Origin: an uncultured Lachnospiraceae bacterium
Lineage (GTDB): Bacteria; Bacillota; Clostridia; Christensenellales; UBA1242
DNA: 57,294 nt
NCBI GenBank assembly: GCA_964541365.1
Contig: CAZIPJ010000001.1
Location: 1-57,294 of the forward strand
Reading direction: 5' to 3'
Position 1 is the first letter of the stretch. Every line of letters begins with the position of its first letter. A program made the translations under genes and the position numbers. Positions 17,048 through 24,846 of the stretch are shown here, in pieces. A model generated the notes under the pieces. It was given only the letters and a program-made list of their open reading frames with translations, was not told where the DNA came from and searched no databases.

Positions 17048-17362
17048 CTATTTTCTTAAAAATGTAACGCAAAGTGGTTTTTCTTTTATATCATTCAAGG
17101 TTATCCCATTAGCCACACATTTTCCGTCTTGGTTGAAAAGACAATGTGCTTTGCACCCAATCTCAATTGTCTTTGAATCTCTTTGTGGTGCATACTTTGG
17201 TGGCTCGTCTGTGAAGATAAGCTTTGTTTTGTCTGAGACCTGTTTCCCCGGATTTTTTTCATATTGCTCACAATCGCAGCCTTTCTTAATCAAAATCCCC
17301 TTTGCTTTGCAAGTGTAACTGTCATTAAATTTGCACAATGTTTTTCTACATCTGATATCCAT
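17048..17362 (-). CDS. DUF1540-type cysteine-rich protein (two repeats)
   Basis: [21 protein letters not shown] and [20 protein letters not shown] fit the C..xC.yN....C.A..I pattern of DUF1540 (from memory). Confidence 0.65.
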   Translation of the reverse strand: MDIRCRKTLCKFNDSYTCKAKGILIKKGCDCEQYEKNPGKQVSDKTKLIFTDEPPKYAPQRDSKTIEIGCKAHCLFNQDGKCVANGITLNDIKEKPLCVTFLRK

Positions 17363-17393
17363 AATTTCTCCTTGCCAAAATATTGCCCAAACC

Positions 17394-17423
17394 TTGACAA
17401 CATAAACATAATTATTGTAAACT
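17394..17423 (+). promoter_or_regulatory. Putative rplI promoter
   Basis: TTGACA (17394-17399), 18 nt, TAAACT (17418-17423). Confidence 0.4.
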
Positions 17424-17443
17424 TAGGCTATAAGGAGCGAGAA

Positions 17444-17887
17444 ATGAAAGTAGTTTTACTTAAAGATGTCAAAGGCACAGGAAAGAAAGGAGAAGTGAAA
17501 GAAGTTTCTGACGGCTTTGCAAAGAATTTTCTTCTTAAAAACGGCAGTGCAAAAATCGCAGACAATAGTGCTTTAAATGAAAATAAAATCCAAAATGATG
17601 CAGCAAAATTCCACAAACAACAAGAAGTTTTGGCAGCGAAAGAGCTTGCAAAGCGTATCGAAGGAAAAACTGTCACTCTTCAAATCAAATGCGGAAGCAA
17701 CGGAAAGACTTTTGGTTCTGTAACAAGTAAGGGAATCGCTGACGAACTTGCAAAAATCGGAATCACTCTTGACAAGAAAAAGATTGACCTTAAAGAGCCA
17801 ATCAAAACCGCAGGCAGATACACTGTCGTTGCAAGAGTTTACCCAGAAATCACAGCAAAATTTAATGTAATTGTTGAAGCAATCTAA
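17444..17887 (+). CDS. rplI: 50S ribosomal protein L9
   Basis: [34 protein letters not shown] matches L9; AAGGAG SD. The track's extension to 17264 is rejected. Confidence 0.93.
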   Translation: MKVVLLKDVKGTGKKGEVKEVSDGFAKNFLLKNGSAKIADNSALNENKIQNDAAKFHKQQEVLAAKELAKRIEGKTVTLQIKCGSNGKTFGSVTSKGIADELAKIGITLDKKKIDLKEPIKTAGRYTVVARVYPEITAKFNVIVEAI

Positions 17888-17891
17888 ACAC

Positions 17892-17920
17892 AAAAAAGAC
17901 TGAAAACTCAGTCTTTTTTT
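17892..17920. terminator. Bidirectional terminator, copy 1 of the AGACTGA-loop-TCAGTCT module
   Basis: AAAAAAGACTGAAAACTCAGTCTTTTTTT. The same stem recurs at 23863, 24722 and 25360. Confidence 0.8.
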
Positions 17921-18084
17921 CTTTTTATGACACAATATCTTCTTGTAATCAAGTTTGAAACAGAACAAGAAATCTGATTTACGAAATTTCTTAAATCTTC
18001 AAGCTCGTCAACATCCAGTCCCCTTGCAAGTTCCATTGCAATTGAAGTGGCAAGCATAATCATCTCTTCATCCGTACATTTCAT
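17908..18084 (-). CDS. Unlisted small ORF, 58 aa (MKCTDEEMIMLATSIAMELARGLDVDELEDLRNFVNQISCSVSNLITRRYCVIKRKKD)
   Basis: Hand translation; below the 60-aa track cutoff. It resembles small helical proteins of Clostridia with an A..LA.GL..DEL..L..F core (memory only). The stop TGA lies inside the terminator stem. Confidence 0.4.
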   Translation of the reverse strand: MKCTDEEMIMLATSIAMELARGLDVDELEDLRNFVNQISCSVSNLITRRYCVIKRKKD

Positions 18085-18120
18085 ATTCTTTTATATTAAA
18101 ATCTTAAAAACTTTGTGAAA

Positions 18121-18906
18121 TTACAGGCTCTGACATTTTTTAAAAAGTTCAACAAATTCTTCAAGAGAAAAACTTTCTGCTCTTCTTGCAAGCGTTTCTT
18201 CTCCCAAAACGGCTTTAAGTTTTGTCTTGTCATAAAATGAGCTGAGATTGTTGAGAAGCGTTTTTCTTCGCATTGCAAAACAAGCTTTGACAAACTTTGA
18301 AAATTTTTGTTTGTCAATCTCTTTAAATTTGTTTCTGTCAATTTCAATGTGTAAAATTGCAGAATCCACATTTGGAGCGGGATAAAACATTTGACGCTTG
18401 ACAATTCTGGTGATTTTTGCACTTCCATAAAATGCCGTCATAACTGTTGGGATTCCGTAATCTTTGTCTCCGACTTTGGAACAGATTTTTTCTGCAACTT
18501 CTTTCTGCACCATAATCGTCAAACTCTGCACTTTCTCTGATTCTTCCAAAAGTTTGAAAAGGATTGGAGTGGTGATGTAATAAGGAAGATTTGCAACCAC
18601 CTTAAACTCGCCCGCAAACATACCTTCGATTTTTTTCAAATCATATTTCATAAAGTCGTCAAAAACAAAAACAACATTAGGCAGAGCAAGAGACAAAAGA
18701 TGCTCTGACAAATCCTTGTCAATCTCAAATGACACAACTTTTTTTGCCGCTTGGCTCAAAACTTCTGTCAGACTTCCAGCACCCGCACCAATTTCCAGCA
18801 CTTCGCTCGCCACATCAACTTCGGCGTCACCGCAAATCGCTTTAAGCAAATTTGTGTCACTCAAAAAGTTTTGACCATACTTTTTCTTAAAAACAAAATC
18901 TTTCAT
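18121..18906 (-). CDS. rsmA: 16S rRNA (adenine1518/1519-N6) dimethyltransferase
   Basis: KKKYGQNFL, VLEIGAGAGSLT, VANLPYYITTPI motifs. Confidence 0.95.
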   Translation of the reverse strand: MKDFVFKKKYGQNFLSDTNLLKAICGDAEVDVASEVLEIGAGAGSLTEVLSQAAKKVVSFEIDKDLSEHLLSLALPNVVFVFDDFMKYDLKKIEGMFAGEFKVVANLPYYITTPILFKLLEESEKVQSLTIMVQKEVAEKICSKVGDKDYGIPTVMTAFYGSAKITRIVKRQMFYPAPNVDSAILHIEIDRNKFKEIDKQKFSKFVKACFAMRRKTLLNNLSSFYDKTKLKAVLGEETLARRAESFSLEEFVELFKKCQSL

Positions 18907-19664
18907 AAATTAAACAACCTTTTTGCATTTTCTGTGGTAAAGCGTGCAACTTCTTCAATTGAAACGCCTTTAAGCCTTGCGATTTCGTCTGCAACATAAA
19001 CAACATTCTTTGGCTCGTTTCTTTGCCCACGAAATGGCACTGGCGTCAGATATGGGCAATCAGTTTCCAGCAAAATTCTCTCCTTTGGAAGCATTTTCAC
19101 AACATCAGGCAAGCTTTTTGCATTTTTAAAAGTCACAACTCCGCCGATTGAAAACGAAAAGCCAAGTTCAAACAAGATTTTTGCACTTTCCACGCTTCCG
19201 CCAAAGCAGTGAATTAAGCTTGGCATCTTGGGTGGATTTTTCTTTAATACTTCAATTGTGTCACCCATCGCATCCCTTGAATGAACAACAATAGGCTTTC
19301 CCAATTTGTTGGCAAGTTCAATTTGTTTGATAAAATACTTCTTCTGAGTCTCTTTATCAAAACCTTCCCTATGATAGTCAAGCCCAATCTCTCCAATCGC
19401 CACAACTTTGTCGTGTCTTGCAAGATTCTCAATTTCTTCAAGTGATGATGCTTCAATTTCGTTTGTGTTTTCTGGATGAAAGCCGACATTTGCATAAACA
19501 CAGCCAGTTTTCTCAGCCAAAGCGACCGCTTCCCTTGACGATGAAAGATTAAAGGCAGAACAAACAAGCCTTTTCACCCCAGCGACTTTCGCTCTTTCAA
19601 TCACGGCATCCACATCATCAAACCATTCGTCAGTGATGTGACCGTGTACATCAATCAATTCCAT
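18903..19664 (-). CDS. tatD: TatD-family metal-dependent hydrolase/DNase
   Basis: LIDVHGHI, AIGEIGLDY, IVVHSRDA, LLETDCPYL motifs; ATGA overlap with rsmA. Confidence 0.92.
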   Translation of the reverse strand: MELIDVHGHITDEWFDDVDAVIERAKVAGVKRLVCSAFNLSSSREAVALAEKTGCVYANVGFHPENTNEIEASSLEEIENLARHDKVVAIGEIGLDYHREGFDKETQKKYFIKQIELANKLGKPIVVHSRDAMGDTIEVLKKNPPKMPSLIHCFGGSVESAKILFELGFSFSIGGVVTFKNAKSLPDVVKMLPKERILLETDCPYLTPVPFRGQRNEPKNVVYVADEIARLKGVSIEEVARFTTENAKRLFNL

Positions 19665-19712
19665 ACAAAAATTATACCAAATTCAATCAAAATAAGCAAT
19701 AAACAAAGCCTT

Positions 19713-20273
19713 TTACACAAAATTTTTGGTGTTGAGTCTTCTTTGCAAGATGTAATAAAAAATCCTTGCCATTTGTTCTGGGGTTTCTTTCATCCCATTT
19801 CTGACCCAACTCATTTCAAAATTGAAAAGCTCTCCAATAAACATCTGATTTGAATATTCTCTTATGCGAGAATTTTTCTTGTTTTGAGCAAGATAATCAA
19901 ATGCTTTGCAATAACAACCAAACAAAAGCCAATCCAGTTTTTTATCCAAAAACAGCTTCATCTTATCCGCATATTGTTTGAAAGTGGTCAGCGTCGTAAC
20001 CATAATATTGCTTACCTTGAAACTTAACGCCCTTTCAGTCTGGATTTTCTCAACTGTTTTGACAAAAATTTCCAGAATATAGGATTCAATGACTTGCTGT
20101 TTGCTTTCATAATTGCGATAAAATCCCATTCTGCTTACGCCTGCTTTTGTGATGATGTCAGTCACAGAAATATCTTCAAACTCTTTCTTTTCAAGAAGTT
20201 TGAAAAGCGATTGACAAATACACTCTCTCACAAACAAATTACTTTTGTTTTTTCTTTGCACTTGCTGGTACAT
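19713..20273 (-). CDS. TetR/AcrR-family transcriptional regulator
   Basis: N-terminal HTH FEDISVTDIITKAGVSRMGFYRNYESK; divergent from degV. Confidence 0.85.
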   Translation of the reverse strand: MYQQVQRKNKSNLFVRECICQSLFKLLEKKEFEDISVTDIITKAGVSRMGFYRNYESKQQVIESYILEIFVKTVEKIQTERALSFKVSNIMVTTLTTFKQYADKMKLFLDKKLDWLLFGCYCKAFDYLAQNKKNSRIREYSNQMFIGELFNFEMSWVRNGMKETPEQMARIFYYILQRRLNTKNFV

Positions 20274-20353
20274 TTGACCCCCTTATGTCACAGTTTCAAC
20301 AAACCTACGCATTTCCACTTTGCTGATGAATATAAATTTGTTAAACTAACCAC

Positions 20354-20369
20354 TGTTACAAGTGTAACA
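20354..20369. promoter_or_regulatory. Perfect palindrome TGTTACA-AG-TGTAACA, candidate TetR operator
   Basis: 7-2-7 inverted repeat in the 132-nt divergent tetR/degV intergenic region, 37 nt upstream of the degV ATG. Confidence 0.5.
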
Positions 20370-20405
20370 TATACGAACGGTCAAATCAAGTAAAGGAGAA
20401 AGAAA

Positions 20406-21236
20406 ATGTTAAAAATTATTGCGGACAGCACTTGCGATTTAAGTTTGAAAGAAGCAAAGGAGCTTGGCGTTGAAATCATTCCAATGAAAGTGCTTATTGA
20501 TGATGTGGAATACATTTCTGGGGTTAATTTGTCGCCAGAAGAATTTTATGAGAAACTTGCAGTGTGCAAAAAGTTTCCACAGACCAGTCTGATTTCTGCC
20601 TATGAATACCAAGAAAAAATCAATCCGCTTCTTGAAAAGGGAGATGAAGTTTTTGTTATGTGCCTGTCGAGCGGACTTTCAAGCTCGTTTGAAAATCTGC
20701 AAAAAGTCTCTGCCGAAATCAATAAACCAAATTTGCAAATCTATGATACGAAAGCCGTAACCTTTGCTTATAGAGCCTTGGTTTATGAAGCAGTGAAATT
20801 GTCAAAAACTTGCAAAAATGCAAAAGAACTTAAAGAAAAAATGCAAAACGCATCTGAAAAATTGAGACTTCTTGCAGTTGTTGATACTGTTAAATATCTC
20901 GTCAAAGGCGGAAGATTGTCTATTACAAAAGGCCTTGCAGCAACCGCACTAAACCTCAAACCTATTCTCACATTCAAAGACGGCAAGCTTGATGTTGTGG
21001 CAAAGGGAATCGGATACGCAAGCGCAGTCAAAAGCCTTATTAAAGAAATAAAATCTATTGATGAAACAAAACCAATATACTTTGGGCACACAAATGATAT
21101 TGCAAAACTTGCCATTCTGAAAAAAGCAGTAAACGAGAAATTTGATGTAAAAAATTCTGACACAAGCATTGTCGGTCCTGTCATCGGTGCTCACGCTGGA
21201 CCAGGCTGCGCTGGAATCGTTTACTTTGAAGCCTAA
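20406..21236 (+). CDS. DegV-family fatty-acid-binding protein
   Basis: MLKIIADSTCDLS...; 276 aa, typical DegV length and N-terminus. Confidence 0.9.
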   Translation: MLKIIADSTCDLSLKEAKELGVEIIPMKVLIDDVEYISGVNLSPEEFYEKLAVCKKFPQTSLISAYEYQEKINPLLEKGDEVFVMCLSSGLSSSFENLQKVSAEINKPNLQIYDTKAVTFAYRALVYEAVKLSKTCKNAKELKEKMQNASEKLRLLAVVDTVKYLVKGGRLSITKGLAATALNLKPILTFKDGKLDVVAKGIGYASAVKSLIKEIKSIDETKPIYFGHTNDIAKLAILKKAVNEKFDVKNSDTSIVGPVIGAHAGPGCAGIVYFEA

Positions 21237-21277
21237 CCTTCATTGACGGTGTCCTATGGACTTTCTTAATGTCGTTT

Positions 21278-21305
21278 AAGACCATATGCAAAATGGTCTT
21301 TTTTA
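21278..21305 (+). terminator. Intrinsic terminator after degV
   Basis: AAGACCAT-ATGCAAA-ATGGTCTT followed by a T run. Confidence 0.75.
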
Positions 21306-21329
21306 TCGCCCAAAATCATAAAATTTCTT

Positions 21330-21920
21330 ATGAATATTTTTTGGACAATAATGATGTTTGGGGGCGTGCTTGTGCTGCTAATCACAAACCCATCAGCTGT
21401 GCTTTCAGAGATGATTGGAGCTTCTGCCAGTGCTTTGAAACTGTGCATAGAACTTTGTGCAATTTATGCAGTTTGGCTTGGAATTATGGAACTTGTTGAA
21501 GCAAGCGGGCTTGCCGAAAAACTTGCAAAACTGCTTCGCCCACTAATTAGAAAAATTTTCAAAGTTGAAGACAAAGAAACACAAAAAATAATTGCACTCA
21601 ATGTCTCCGCAAATATGCTTGGCATAGGCAACGCTGCAACGCCAATGGGAATCCGTGCAATGCAAGCTCTTGACGACAAATCCGGAAAGGCAACCTTTGC
21701 AATAATTATGCTTATCGTGGTCAACGCAACATCAATCCAACTGCTCCCAACCACCGTCATCGGACTAAGGCAAAGTGCAGGCTCTGCAAACCCCGCTGAC
21801 ATAATCTTGCCAACTCTTCTTGTCACCTTTTGCACAACTGCACTTGGGATTGTGCTTGTCCACTTGATTGACAAATTCAAAAGAAAATTGGACAAGCCTT
21901 CCACAAGGAGTGCAAGATGA
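21330..21920 (+). CDS. spmA: Nucleoside-recognition-domain membrane protein, SpmA-like
   Basis: 196 aa, polytopic; MNIFWTIMMFGGVLV...GNAATPMGIRAM pattern of spore maturation protein A. No obvious SD. Confidence 0.8.
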   Translation: MNIFWTIMMFGGVLVLLITNPSAVLSEMIGASASALKLCIELCAIYAVWLGIMELVEASGLAEKLAKLLRPLIRKIFKVEDKETQKIIALNVSANMLGIGNAATPMGIRAMQALDDKSGKATFAIIMLIVVNATSIQLLPTTVIGLRQSAGSANPADIILPTLLVTFCTTALGIVLVHLIDKFKRKLDKPSTRSAR

Positions 21921-22423
21921 GTGTATATATATTACCCGCCTTATTTTTGCTTCTTTTCGTCTATTGCATCTATAAACGCATAAACACCTATGACCACTTC
22001 GTTAAAGGCGCAAAAGGGGCAATAAAACTTGTTGTGGACATTTTCCCATTCATCGCATCCATTCTGATTGCCGTTGCACTTTTGAGAGTGAGCGGTATAA
22101 CAGTTCTCTTGGGCAAACTTCTCTCTCCGTTTTTCAATCTGCTTGGCATCCCAACAGAGCTTTGCGAGCTTGTACTTCTTCGCCCCTTTACTGGCAGTGG
22201 CAGTTATGGAATTTTGGAAAATATTTTCACCACCTACGGTGCAGACAGTTACATCGCCCGCTGTGCCTGCGTAATTATGGGATGCAGCGAAACAATCTTC
22301 TATGTTGCCACCGTTTATATCTCACAAACCAAAGTGAAAAAACTTTTGTATGCAATCCCCGTTGCACTGTTTTGTTCACTTGTCGGGACAACCCTTGCCT
22401 GCCTAGTTTGCAAAGTGATGTAG
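21917..22423 (+). CDS. spmB: Nucleoside-recognition-domain membrane protein, SpmB-like
   Basis: 168 aa; ATGA overlap with spmA; FVKGAKGAIKLVVDIFPFIASILIAV pattern. Confidence 0.8.
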   Translation: MSVYILPALFLLLFVYCIYKRINTYDHFVKGAKGAIKLVVDIFPFIASILIAVALLRVSGITVLLGKLLSPFFNLLGIPTELCELVLLRPFTGSGSYGILENIFTTYGADSYIARCACVIMGCSETIFYVATVYISQTKVKKLLYAIPVALFCSLVGTTLACLVCKVM

Positions 22424-22542
22424 GAACTCGTTCCATTCTGTGCGTGACTTTCTTTATTTCACACATTTTTGAATAACAGAAAGCAAAAAATATACACAAA
22501 ACCATTATTTTCAGATTCTTTTCATTTTTTCCAAAGAAGATA

Positions 22543-22569
22543 TTGACAACTCCCCCCCCGTGTTATACT
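22543..22569 (+). promoter_or_regulatory. Cassette promoter A: TTGACA-ACT-C8-GTGT-TATACT (15-nt spacer)
   Basis: TTGACA 22543-22548, C8 22552-22559, TATACT 22564-22569; AGGGGGA SD and ATG follow. Confidence 0.6.
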
Positions 22570-22591
22570 GAGAAAAATTAAGGGGGAATTT

Positions 22592-23623
22592 ATGAAAGCA
22601 AAAGTGAAAAATATTGATATTGAGACTTTAACTGATGCAGAACAAGAGAATATAGACTCATTAGGGTCAGAATGTAAAGATGCTCTTGAAGAAAGAAATT
22701 TTGGCAAATACAAGAAATTGCAAAAAGCACTTTCAAGGTTCAAAACTGAGAGCGGCGACATTGTGTATGCGTATGACTTTTATGAACAATTACATTTTAT
22801 GATTTTGCTTGTCGACACCTATTATCGACGAGACAATGAAAAGCCTTTCAGCGAAGGTAAATTAGTTAGCCTAGTAAAAAACGCACTAAAATATGCACCT
22901 GATGAATTAGATGTAAATTTCTCAAATTGTTTTTGGATGGTTTTCCACCCAAACTGGCTCATACTCTCTGAAACAAGATTTAAAATTATGGATGAATGTT
23001 TGAAACATTATCCAAAGACTAATGAATATGAGTGGTCCAAAATTCTCGCAAATGCTGCATCTTGTGAATTTAAATACAGCCAAAGCAATCAAGAAATTAT
23101 AAATGAGCTTGTTGAGCGTGGTGCAAACATTAATATTGCATTGTTGGAAGCACTCAAAAAGGGTAACACTCACTCAATAATGGTATTGAATTCTCTTGGA
23201 GCAAAGATTAAGCCGGAACTTATTTCTGATGACATGAAGTTGAGTAAGGCAGATTTTGAATCAAAACTTAAAGAAGCAAAGGAAAAGTTTAATGAAGAGT
23301 TTTTAAGCCTAATAAGAGACGATGAGACATATAATCCTTACACTATTGCTAGGTACATTAATCTTGGTGCAGATGTAAACTATTGCTCGGAAAAACACCA
23401 CCGCAAACTTGTACCACTGTTTGAAGCTATAAGGGGAGAAAAAGAAGCAATTTTTGACCTTTTACTTAAATCGGGTGCAAATCCAAACATAAAAGTTGGT
23501 TCTATCTCTGCTCTACAAAAAACAATCGACTTTAAAAATATAAGAATGGCGAAGAAGTTGCTTAAAAATGGTGCAGACCCAACTGATGTTGTTATAGATG
23601 ACTCAAAAGTAGAAAAAAATTAA
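22592..23623 (+). CDS. Cassette gene A: 343-aa cytoplasmic protein with C-terminal ankyrin repeats, zero-frame stop after an A7 run
   Basis: GADVNYCSEKHHRKLVPLFEAIRGEKEAIFDLLLKSGANPNIKV...AKKLLKNGADP are ankyrin-type repeats. No signal peptide. Confidence 0.85.
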   Translation: MKAKVKNIDIETLTDAEQENIDSLGSECKDALEERNFGKYKKLQKALSRFKTESGDIVYAYDFYEQLHFMILLVDTYYRRDNEKPFSEGKLVSLVKNALKYAPDELDVNFSNCFWMVFHPNWLILSETRFKIMDECLKHYPKTNEYEWSKILANAASCEFKYSQSNQEIINELVERGANINIALLEALKKGNTHSIMVLNSLGAKIKPELISDDMKLSKADFESKLKEAKEKFNEEFLSLIRDDETYNPYTIARYINLGADVNYCSEKHHRKLVPLFEAIRGEKEAIFDLLLKSGANPNIKVGSISALQKTIDFKNIRMAKKLLKNGADPTDVVIDDSKVEKN

Positions 23624-23856
23624 AGAAAACACTTCAATATGCCAGAAATGCCAATAGCAACATCACTGATAATAAAACGGACGAATCAACTGCCGCCAGA
23701 AAAGAAAGTGAAGTAGTAAAGATTACAACTCCAAAATCAACAAATACAGCTGGCACACAGAAAGAATCCCAAATTACAAGTTCCCCAGAAAATAAAGAAT
23801 CAAATACTGAACATTCTGCTAGAAACAAAGTCAATCCAGACGGCGAAGGAAAATAA
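23602..23856 (+). other. Open -1-frame continuation of gene A encoding a low-complexity linker plus the family tail ...ARNKVNPDGEGK
   Basis: 85 stop-free codons with no ATG. The frame opens 7 codons before the gene A stop and ends in the same motif and terminator as genes B and C. Confidence 0.7.
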
Positions 23857-23857
23857 A

Positions 23858-23888
23858 GAAAAAGACTGAAAAATTCAGTCTTTTTTTA
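23858..23888 (+). terminator. Terminator module copy 2
   Basis: AGACTGA-AAAAT-TCAGTCT followed by T7. Confidence 0.8.
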
Positions 23889-23936
23889 TTAAAAAGCTAG
23901 CATTTTCAAGTTTTTTCACTTTTTTTGAGAAAGATA

Positions 23937-23964
23937 TTGACAACTCCCCCCCCCGTGTTATACT
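23937..23964 (+). promoter_or_regulatory. Cassette promoter B: TTGACA-ACT-C9-GTGT-TATACT (16-nt spacer)
   Basis: C9 at 23946-23954. Confidence 0.6.
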
Positions 23965-23986
23965 GAGAAAAATTAAGGGGGAAAAT

Positions 23987-24715
23987 ATGAAAATCACTGA
24001 TGAATTATTTACATTAACTTTCGAAGACATCAAGCGTTGTGCAATCTGCGATGACGCTGACGAACATCTTGATAAACATATGGTGGAAACTTTTTGGGTA
24101 TATGCAGAGGGATTTGCAAAAGATAGCATATATAAGTCACTCAGCAATGAAGAAAAAGCTTTTGGGACACTTTGTGCGGGACTTTTGGCTATGTGTTATC
24201 GTACTCAGCGATACGGTGGCTCTGATTCGTGCAATTTATTCAACGAATCAAGTCCACTATTATACAAAGATGGTGGGTTTGTGTCAATATCAAGTCTCGC
24301 TCCATTAGAGCGCGATATAGCAGTAAGAATGATGCTAATTTCCATTTGTAAGATTATGCAAGACGCTCTTGTATGGGAAGAAAGTAAAAATGAAAAAGGT
24401 TCTTATACTGCTGTCGGTATTTCGCTCTCTGAAATTCCTTATGATACTAAAAGATTTTTAAGACCCGAAAGTCTTAGCTTCATATCACACGCAGTTTTTG
24501 GACAAGAGATAGACTTTAAAACATATGACCCTAAGGCTGGAACTTATAAATTTAAAGAGCCTTCATCTATCTCCGTTAAAGAAACTATGGAGTCACTCAG
24601 CCGAAAAATAGAATCTGGAATAAAAGAGTACAAAGCATATATGAGTGCAGAAAAGTCAAATAAAACTGAAAAACAAACAAAAACAAAAACCGACCCAAAT
24701 GGTGACGGAAAATAA
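23987..24715 (+). CDS. Cassette gene B: hypothetical 242-aa cytoplasmic protein ending ...KTKTDPNGDGK
   Basis: AGGGGGA SD; no signal peptide; no family recognised. Confidence 0.8.
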   Translation: MKITDELFTLTFEDIKRCAICDDADEHLDKHMVETFWVYAEGFAKDSIYKSLSNEEKAFGTLCAGLLAMCYRTQRYGGSDSCNLFNESSPLLYKDGGFVSISSLAPLERDIAVRMMLISICKIMQDALVWEESKNEKGSYTAVGISLSEIPYDTKRFLRPESLSFISHAVFGQEIDFKTYDPKAGTYKFKEPSSISVKETMESLSRKIESGIKEYKAYMSAEKSNKTEKQTKTKTDPNGDGK

Positions 24716-24716
24716 A

Positions 24717-24746
24717 GAAAAAGACTGAAAAACTCAGTCTTTTTTA
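24717..24746 (+). terminator. Terminator module copy 3
   Basis: AGACTGA-AAAAC-TCAGTCT followed by T6. Confidence 0.8.
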
Positions 24747-24796
24747 TTAAAAAGCTAGCATTTTCATATTGTTTTCACTTTTTTTTAAGAAAGATA

Positions 24797-24824
24797 TTGA
24801 CAACTCCCCCCCCCGTGTTACAAT
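24797..24824 (+). promoter_or_regulatory. Cassette promoter C: TTGACA-ACT-C9-GTGT-TACAAT (16-nt spacer)
   Basis: C9 at 24806-24814. Confidence 0.6.
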
Positions 24825-24846
24825 GAGAAAAATAAGGAGAATCAAT

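Larger units (their letters stand above)
23857..23986 (+). repeat. Conserved intergenic unit 1 (terminator + spacer + poly-C promoter + SD)
   Basis: Identical at most positions to 24716-24846. Confidence 0.85.
24716..24846 (+). repeat. Conserved intergenic unit 2
   Basis: See 23857-23986. Confidence 0.85.

Noticed and set aside
23637-23720. Small ATG ORF (MPEMPIATSLIIKRTNQLPPEKKVK) right after the gene A stop
   Set aside because: It is short, lacks an SD, and lies in the zero frame after the stop. The -1 frame across the same DNA is open for 85 codons and ends in the conserved family tail, so that frame is the coding one.
24769-24846. N-terminal extension of cassette gene C (track start 24769)
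   Set aside because: The extension translates the conserved terminator-promoter module, including the poly-C tract (DNSPPRV). A good SD precedes ATG 24847, as in the sister cassettes.
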